DNA from: Alphaproteobacteria bacterium
Lineage (GTDB): Bacteria > Pseudomonadota > Alphaproteobacteria > UBA6615
NCBI GenBank assembly: GCA_022449545.1
Contig: JAKUPN010000009.1
Location: 6,764-70,763 of the forward strand
Reading direction: 5' to 3'
DNA: 64,000 nucleotides
Shown: in pieces, positions 58,621 through 64,000 of the stretch
How the letters are laid out: each line of letters begins with the position of its first letter
Numbering within the stretch: the first letter of the stretch is position 1
Made by a program: the position numbers and the translations under genes
Notes under the pieces: generated by a model
Database searches by the model: none
Told to the model about the DNA's origin: nothing
The model's input: the letters and a program-made list of their open reading frames with translations, nothing else

Positions 58621-59544
58621 TTAACTATGACCGTACATTGTTTTCCCCGCTATTGGGAAATCAACTTGCATAATATTTCCATTCAAAGAGTCAGTAATAA
58701 ATAGCTGTTTATTGTCAGGCCCTCCAAAGGCAATATTTGTCATAAGACGATGCTCACTGCCAGCATGTATTAGATGAGTTGGCAAACCATTATTATCAAA
58801 GCGCCAGATACCAACTCCCAAGTGACATACCAGTAAGCCATCCTCAGAGTCTGTTTCAATTCCATCAGGACCCGCATGACCACCAGATAATTGTATAGCA
58901 ACTCCCGTCTTGGATACATTACCATCAGCCATAAGCGGCAGTCTCCAAATTTGCTGAGTACGAGTAACAGCAACAAAACACTGATTTTCTGATATATTTA
59001 AAGTTATTCCGTTAGGGCTGGGTATGTTCACTGCGAGACGATCCAGGCTACCATCTGCTCCCCATCTAAATACTCTTCCTGTGGGATCAACAACCCCTGT
59101 CTGCCCTTGATCAGTAAAATAAAGGTCTCCATCTTTACTAAAATGAAGATCATTTGTTCCTTTAAACCCCTCACTAAATACAGACCCTAAAACAGTTGTT
59201 ACACTGCCGCTTTCAGGGTTGACTTCCATTATTCCATATTTGTAACAAGCAACAAATATTCTTCCATCTTTATGAATTTTTAAACCATTAGGCCACCCAT
59301 CATATTCAGCAACGAGTTCAATATCTCCTCCCGGAGGAATTCTAAATATGCGTCCAAACGGTATATCAGTGAAATATAGATTACCTTGTCTATCAAATGA
59401 TGGTCCCTCGAGAAAACACTCAACCTCAGCCCCTTGTCGATTTGGATCAGACCAATCAGAACGACGACGATCACGAAACTTTTCTGGTAATGGCTGAAAG
59501 ACCTTAGCTTCTATTAATTCTAATTCTTTAAATGGGTTTAGCAT
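58621..59544 (-). CDS. SMP-30/gluconolactonase family protein
   Basis: LEGPSF, PNGL, NDL, YFTD, PNGI, PDGI, TNIAFGG. Confidence 0.92.
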   Translation of the reverse strand: MLNPFKELELIEAKVFQPLPEKFRDRRRSDWSDPNRQGAEVECFLEGPSFDRQGNLYFTDIPFGRIFRIPPGGDIELVAEYDGWPNGLKIHKDGRIFVACYKYGIMEVNPESGSVTTVLGSVFSEGFKGTNDLHFSKDGDLYFTDQGQTGVVDPTGRVFRWGADGSLDRLAVNIPSPNGITLNISENQCFVAVTRTQQIWRLPLMADGNVSKTGVAIQLSGGHAGPDGIETDSEDGLLVCHLGVGIWRFDNNGLPTHLIHAGSEHRLMTNIAFGGPDNKQLFITDSLNGNIMQVDFPIAGKTMYGHS

Positions 59545-59737
59545 TCCAGAAAACTCCCGATAATTAATTTTAAATAATGAATTTAAGTAAATATAAACTG
59601 CATATTGTTGGCGAGAAAAAAACTCTTTATATGTTGGGACAAGTTATACAATCTAGCAAATGAATACAAATATCTGTTAATTAAACTTCGGTAAATTAGT
59701 TAAATAATAAGATTATATGTTTAGGAGGAAATTATTT

Positions 59738-60613
59738 ATGTCAAATATGCCCACATCAGACGATTTCAATGACATTCTTTTTGAAGTCAAGAACAACGTT
59801 GCCTGGATAACAATTAACCGACCAAAGTCCCGAAACGCGTTTCGTGAACACACTCTGGATGAACTAATAATGGCGTTCAAGTCTACTAGAAATGACCCAT
59901 CAATAGCATGTGCAGTAGTAACTGGTGCTGGTGATGTTTCATTCTCAGCTGGTGGAGATTTTGGCGCAATGATGAAGCTGAATTGGGCTAATGCCTATCA
60001 TTGGAATGATAGAATGCTTGGAACAGCCATGACCATCCGTGGGCTGCCCATTCCCGTAATTGCCATGGTAAATGGTTGGTGCATGGGCGGAGGACATGAG
60101 CTTGCCCTTTGGTGCGATATGGTTATTGCTTCCGACAATGCAATGTTTGGTCAATCAGGCGCCAAAGTAGGAGCTTGTCCAACTGTTGGTGCAACACAAT
60201 ACATCCCTAGAATGATTGGCGAACGACTAGCCCGAGAAATGATATTCTTAGCTCGAACATTCACTGCCGAAGAAGCAGTTAGCATAGGACTGATTAATAA
60301 AGTAGTTCCTCAAGGAGACCTTCGAGCAGAGACCGAAAAATGGTGTGAAACAATTAAGTCGCACAGCGGACAGACAATTAGAATGACAAAAAAATCTTTG
60401 AATCACGAATCAGACGAACTCTATGCTTCATGGCAGCATGGCATGGAATTACTTGCTCATGTTTGGGGAAGTCCTGAGGCTAATGAAGGCATGGAAGCTT
60501 TTCTTGAAAAACGCAAGCCAAACTTTATGCAGTTTCGGATGAAGAATAAGAAAGCTGTAGATCAATATCTTGATGATTTTAATAATAATCGGAATCAAAC
60601 AAAACCTGAATAA
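59738..60613 (+). CDS. Crotonase superfamily enzyme of the MenB/BadI/Oah subgroup (possible beta-ketoacyl-CoA ring hydrolase); likely start ATG 59738
   Basis: INRP..RNAFR, FSAGGD, GGGHEL, FGQSGAKVG, EANEGMEAFLEKRKPNF; SD AGGAGG. Confidence 0.85.
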   Translation: MSNMPTSDDFNDILFEVKNNVAWITINRPKSRNAFREHTLDELIMAFKSTRNDPSIACAVVTGAGDVSFSAGGDFGAMMKLNWANAYHWNDRMLGTAMTIRGLPIPVIAMVNGWCMGGGHELALWCDMVIASDNAMFGQSGAKVGACPTVGATQYIPRMIGERLAREMIFLARTFTAEEAVSIGLINKVVPQGDLRAETEKWCETIKSHSGQTIRMTKKSLNHESDELYASWQHGMELLAHVWGSPEANEGMEAFLEKRKPNFMQFRMKNKKAVDQYLDDFNNNRNQTKPE

Positions 60614-60662
60614 GGTATAAGAACTTATTAGGATCAACAAAAACTTATAGAAAAGTACTAAT

Positions 60663-61865
60663 ATGAAGAAAATTTCTGAGCCCGGTGTCCTCAATAATAT
60701 TTTGGTCATAGATTTAACTAGAGTTTTAGCCGGCCCTTTCTGCACAATGTTATTAGGAGACATGGGCGCAGATGTGATCAAGGTCGAACAACCGGGCAGA
60801 GGAGATGATACTAGAAGCTGGGGGCCACCATTTGTCGGAGATGAATCTGCTTACTTTTTGGGAGCCAATCGTAACAAGAGAGGCATTACACTCAACCTCA
60901 AACACCCTTCTGGCCAAAAAGTGCTGAAGGAACTTTTACAAAAAGCAGACGTAGTTATTGATAATTTTAAGTTAGGAACATTATCAAAATTAGGTTTCGA
61001 TGATGAATGGTTTAAAATTAATGCACCCCAGATTATTCGCTGCTCGATACTAGGTTACGGATCAACTGGCCCTCGAGCAGGTTTACCTGGTTATGATTTT
61101 CTATTGCAAGCAGAAAGTGGTTTAATGAATATAACGGGTGAGTCAGACGGAGACCCAATGAAACTTGGAGTAGCCATCGTTGATCTCTGTACGGGATTAT
61201 ATGCACTATCAACAATTTTAGGCGCTATTAATGCCCGACATTCATCAGGCTTAGGCCAATCAATAGAAGTTTCACTTTACGATACTGGTGTATCATTATT
61301 GGCCAATGTTGCTTCAAACTTTCTTATATCCGGAAAGACAGCTGGCCGTTACGGTAATGGCCACCCTAATATCGTACCATATAACGCCTACCCTACTAAA
61401 GACGGTATGATTGCCCTTTCAATAGGAAATGATATGCAGTTTGCGAACTTTTCAAATGCTGTTGGAAAAACAAGCTGGTCTGAAGATGATAGATTTAAAA
61501 GAAATAGAGATAGAGTGGAAAACCGCGGAGCATGTGACGGTATGATTTCGGATTTATTTCAAACGAATACAACCAATTTTTGGTTAGAAAAACTACAAAC
61601 AGCAGAAGTGTCTTGTGCTCCAATAAATACCGTCGAACAAGCGCTAACAGCAACACACACAATCGCAAGAGAGCTCGTTACTACAACAAAACACACAACA
61701 GAGGGTGAGATAAAAATACCCGGTATTCCATTTCGTTTTTCACACAATCCCGCAACTATAAGAAAACCTCCTCCATCACTCGGAGAACACACAGATGAGG
61801 TATTGGAAGAGCTCGGTAGATCTATAGAAGAAATATCAGAGTTAAGAGACTCAGGAGCTATTTAG
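60663..61865 (+). CDS. CaiB/BaiF family III CoA transferase
   Basis: DLTRVLAGPFCTMLLGDMGADVIKVE, GDDTR, NRNKR, GYD, LGEHT. Confidence 0.93.
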   Translation: MKKISEPGVLNNILVIDLTRVLAGPFCTMLLGDMGADVIKVEQPGRGDDTRSWGPPFVGDESAYFLGANRNKRGITLNLKHPSGQKVLKELLQKADVVIDNFKLGTLSKLGFDDEWFKINAPQIIRCSILGYGSTGPRAGLPGYDFLLQAESGLMNITGESDGDPMKLGVAIVDLCTGLYALSTILGAINARHSSGLGQSIEVSLYDTGVSLLANVASNFLISGKTAGRYGNGHPNIVPYNAYPTKDGMIALSIGNDMQFANFSNAVGKTSWSEDDRFKRNRDRVENRGACDGMISDLFQTNTTNFWLEKLQTAEVSCAPINTVEQALTATHTIARELVTTTKHTTEGEIKIPGIPFRFSHNPATIRKPPPSLGEHTDEVLEELGRSIEEISELRDSGAI

Positions 61866-61921
61866 CATAAATAAATATACCAAAGTATTTAATCTAGAAA
61901 CGCTAGTTATTAAACATCAAA

Positions 61922-63205
61922 TTATTGTTTTATTTCATCTATAGGTTTTAACTGATTTTCTGTGTTCGTGTCTGATGATGGAGTAACATCTTCAACTTTA
62001 CGATAAATTAATAAAACAATAACCAAACCAATGGCCAAAACTGCAAACATAACTCTGTAGGCCGATGAAGGACTCCGACCAATTTCATCAACAGCAAACA
62101 TATCAATGATTGAACCGGTCAAGATCTGCATAAGAAAAACACCAGACCATGTACATAAATTTATAGCAGTAAAAACTCGTCCACTATATTCATCAGGAAA
62201 CAAACTGCGTACGTGCGCAAATAAAGGCCCAGCCATAGCAGCAGTCACTGCAAACGTAATCAATAAAGCAGTAACAATAAATGTCGATGAACTACCGTTA
62301 ATTGCCAACAAAGCAGTTGCTCCAGCAAAAACTAACAAACCACCGGTAACAACACCTCGTCGGGTATCAAACATGCGATCTAATGGACCATAAACGAGAG
62401 CCCCGACTATCCATGCAACAGAAACTAAAAATATAATATTTCCTCGTTCTACAATATTCAAAGAAAATACATCATTTAAGTATGGGCCAATCCATAAATT
62501 ACGAACTGTTATTAATGTACCAAAAGTAGTCGATGTAACTGCAGCAAATAAATAAATTCGTTTATCAAGAAGCACATATTTTAACCCATATATCACTTCC
62601 AATAAGGATTCCGATTTTATCTTTTTTTGCTGATCAGGAGGACGGTCACGAACAAATAATAATAAAGAAATAGCTGCAAGAAAGGTAATAACACCAACTA
62701 CCTTCAAAGACGTTCTCCATCCATAACCGTCGACAGCTAATGCAAAAGGTGAAGCAGAAAGCAACATCCCTATCCCTCCAACAGCTACAGATACAGCCGT
62801 TGCTGTAGCAAGTCTATCTCTTGAAAACCACCTAGAAAGCAGCACTATTACTCCCATAAAAACTGGAGCTGCCCCACAACCAATAAGAAATAAACCAACC
62901 CTAAGCATAAATACATTGTTAGCGGAAGCAAAAACAAAAGTACCCAAAGCAGCAAAAAGCATGAAACTAAACATTGAGAATCTAGGACCAAAACGATCTA
63001 GAAGCACTCCCACTGGAAGCTGCATCAATGCAGCCCCCAAAAATATTGCAGCTGGCAAACTTGCTAGCTGTCCAGGGGTTAAATCAAGTTCTGTTCGAAG
63101 GTCTGGTGCTATAAGCGCTGGCGCAGATCGTAAAAAATGAGCAAGTATGAACGCTAAACTTACTGCTGGGATCATACCTAATACAATTCGAGTTCGTTTG
63201 TTCAA
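61922..63205 (-). CDS. MFS transporter
   Basis: QLPVGVLLDRFGPR motif A; about 12 TM segments. Confidence 0.92.
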   Translation of the reverse strand: MNKRTRIVLGMIPAVSLAFILAHFLRSAPALIAPDLRTELDLTPGQLASLPAAIFLGAALMQLPVGVLLDRFGPRFSMFSFMLFAALGTFVFASANNVFMLRVGLFLIGCGAAPVFMGVIVLLSRWFSRDRLATATAVSVAVGGIGMLLSASPFALAVDGYGWRTSLKVVGVITFLAAISLLLFVRDRPPDQQKKIKSESLLEVIYGLKYVLLDKRIYLFAAVTSTTFGTLITVRNLWIGPYLNDVFSLNIVERGNIIFLVSVAWIVGALVYGPLDRMFDTRRGVVTGGLLVFAGATALLAINGSSSTFIVTALLITFAVTAAMAGPLFAHVRSLFPDEYSGRVFTAINLCTWSGVFLMQILTGSIIDMFAVDEIGRSPSSAYRVMFAVLAIGLVIVLLIYRKVEDVTPSSDTNTENQLKPIDEIKQ

Positions 63206-63286
63206 TTTTTTTCTTCATAGAAAATTGTCTTATGATTCATTTACGGAAATTTTCAGTCTATATAAAATAAAAAGATTCATTAAAAA

Positions 63287-63706
63287 TCATAAACCTGTAT
63301 TTCTTCGCCATTTAATTATTGCTGTGGTTGTACCATCATCTAATAACCCAGTAAAAACCATACGATCTCCATGATAATCTACCGATCGATCACGTTTAGT
63401 TCCTACCCATACAGGGTTAGAACCAGTATCAATTTCATGAGTGACCACATTATCTTTAAGACTCCACTTGCCAGAGTAAGTCATAAAGCTATCAAAAGCT
63501 TCCGCTTTCTCAATCTCACTTGCACTATTAGTTAATGGCTTCCGCGCGCCTTTTTCTGTTATAGCCACCATATAGCCGTCAGGTGTATAGATAATTCTAC
63601 CTTTAGGACTATTACCCAGCGTTGGAGTTTTATTACCCTCATCATCTTCAATGTATGTTTCTTCTAGTGTCCAAACACCCACGATGTCATCAGGTTTAAT
63701 ACCCAT
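63287..63706 (-). CDS. Lipocalin-like domain protein (Lipocalin_5 type)
   Basis: IVGVWTL, G.I.YTPDGYM, YSGKW, NPVWVG..R. Confidence 0.8.
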   Translation of the reverse strand: MGIKPDDIVGVWTLEETYIEDDEGNKTPTLGNSPKGRIIYTPDGYMVAITEKGARKPLTNSASEIEKAEAFDSFMTYSGKWSLKDNVVTHEIDTGSNPVWVGTKRDRSVDYHGDRMVFTGLLDDGTTTAIIKWRRNTGL

Positions 63707-63865
63707 ATTAATTCTTTCTATTATATAAATATTTCAGCTTATGATCTGAAAGTTAATTGGAATCAGACAATTAGCAAATAATAAAACTCTATTTTCCTTA
63801 TACTAAATTATTTGAAACCATATTGATATTAACTTCAAAACCCAATTGCTTTTCAAAATATCTTA

Positions 63866-64000
63866 TTACCCTGATGCGTCAATAAGGTTTCCTTCAGGAT
63901 CCAAACTCAGTCCTGTCGTAGCAGCCTCTTTGACTATATTTTTTGGCCTAGTTACTGTCGAATTTTCTGCACCAGATATCATTACCAATAAATGTGCATA
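63866..64000 (-). CDS. C-terminal end of an unidentified protein entering from beyond the window
   Basis: Open frame of 44 codons from the edge (YAHLLVMISGAENSTVTRP...DPEGNLIDASG) ending in TAA TAA. Confidence 0.5.
   Translation of the reverse strand, partial: YAHLLVMISGAENSTVTRPKNIVKEAATTGLSLDPEGNLIDASG

Noticed and set aside
59738-60613. menB (naphthoate synthase)
   Set aside because: It is in the MenB-like subgroup, but there are no other men genes nearby and the context is CoA-dependent catabolism; left at subgroup level.
1-64000. CRISPR arrays, tRNA/rRNA (including selC), IS elements, prophage or defence genes
   Set aside because: No regularly spaced repeats, cloverleaf-like sequences, transposase/integrase or phage ORFs seen by eye; intergenic spaces are short. 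A covariance-model scan would be needed to exclude small RNAs.

Overview
AT-rich bacterial chromosomal segment, most plausibly from a marine Alphaproteobacterium (inferred from protein families, not proven). It is densely packed with about 55 catabolic and transport genes: a carbohydrate-type and a Liv-type ABC transporter, MFS/DMT transporters, two stand-alone molybdenum hydroxylase large subunits, CoA ligase, thiolase and CoA transferases, two divergent ThDP-dependent E1 alpha/beta pairs, many dehydrogenases, and one GntR regulator. I saw no rRNA, tRNA, CRISPR array or mobile element. Three signals stand out. (1) A glutathione S-transferase has an in-frame TGA (47386-47388) at its catalytic Cys position, followed by a SECIS-like hairpin; it is a probable selenoprotein that the ORF track truncated. 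(2) An mct-meh-mcd operon joins an ethylmalonyl-CoA-pathway enzyme to two 3-hydroxypropionate-bicycle enzymes and ends in an internally duplicated protein of unknown function. (3) An E1-beta gene is interrupted by two in-frame TAA codons. All family calls come from motif recognition by eye; no database searches were run.
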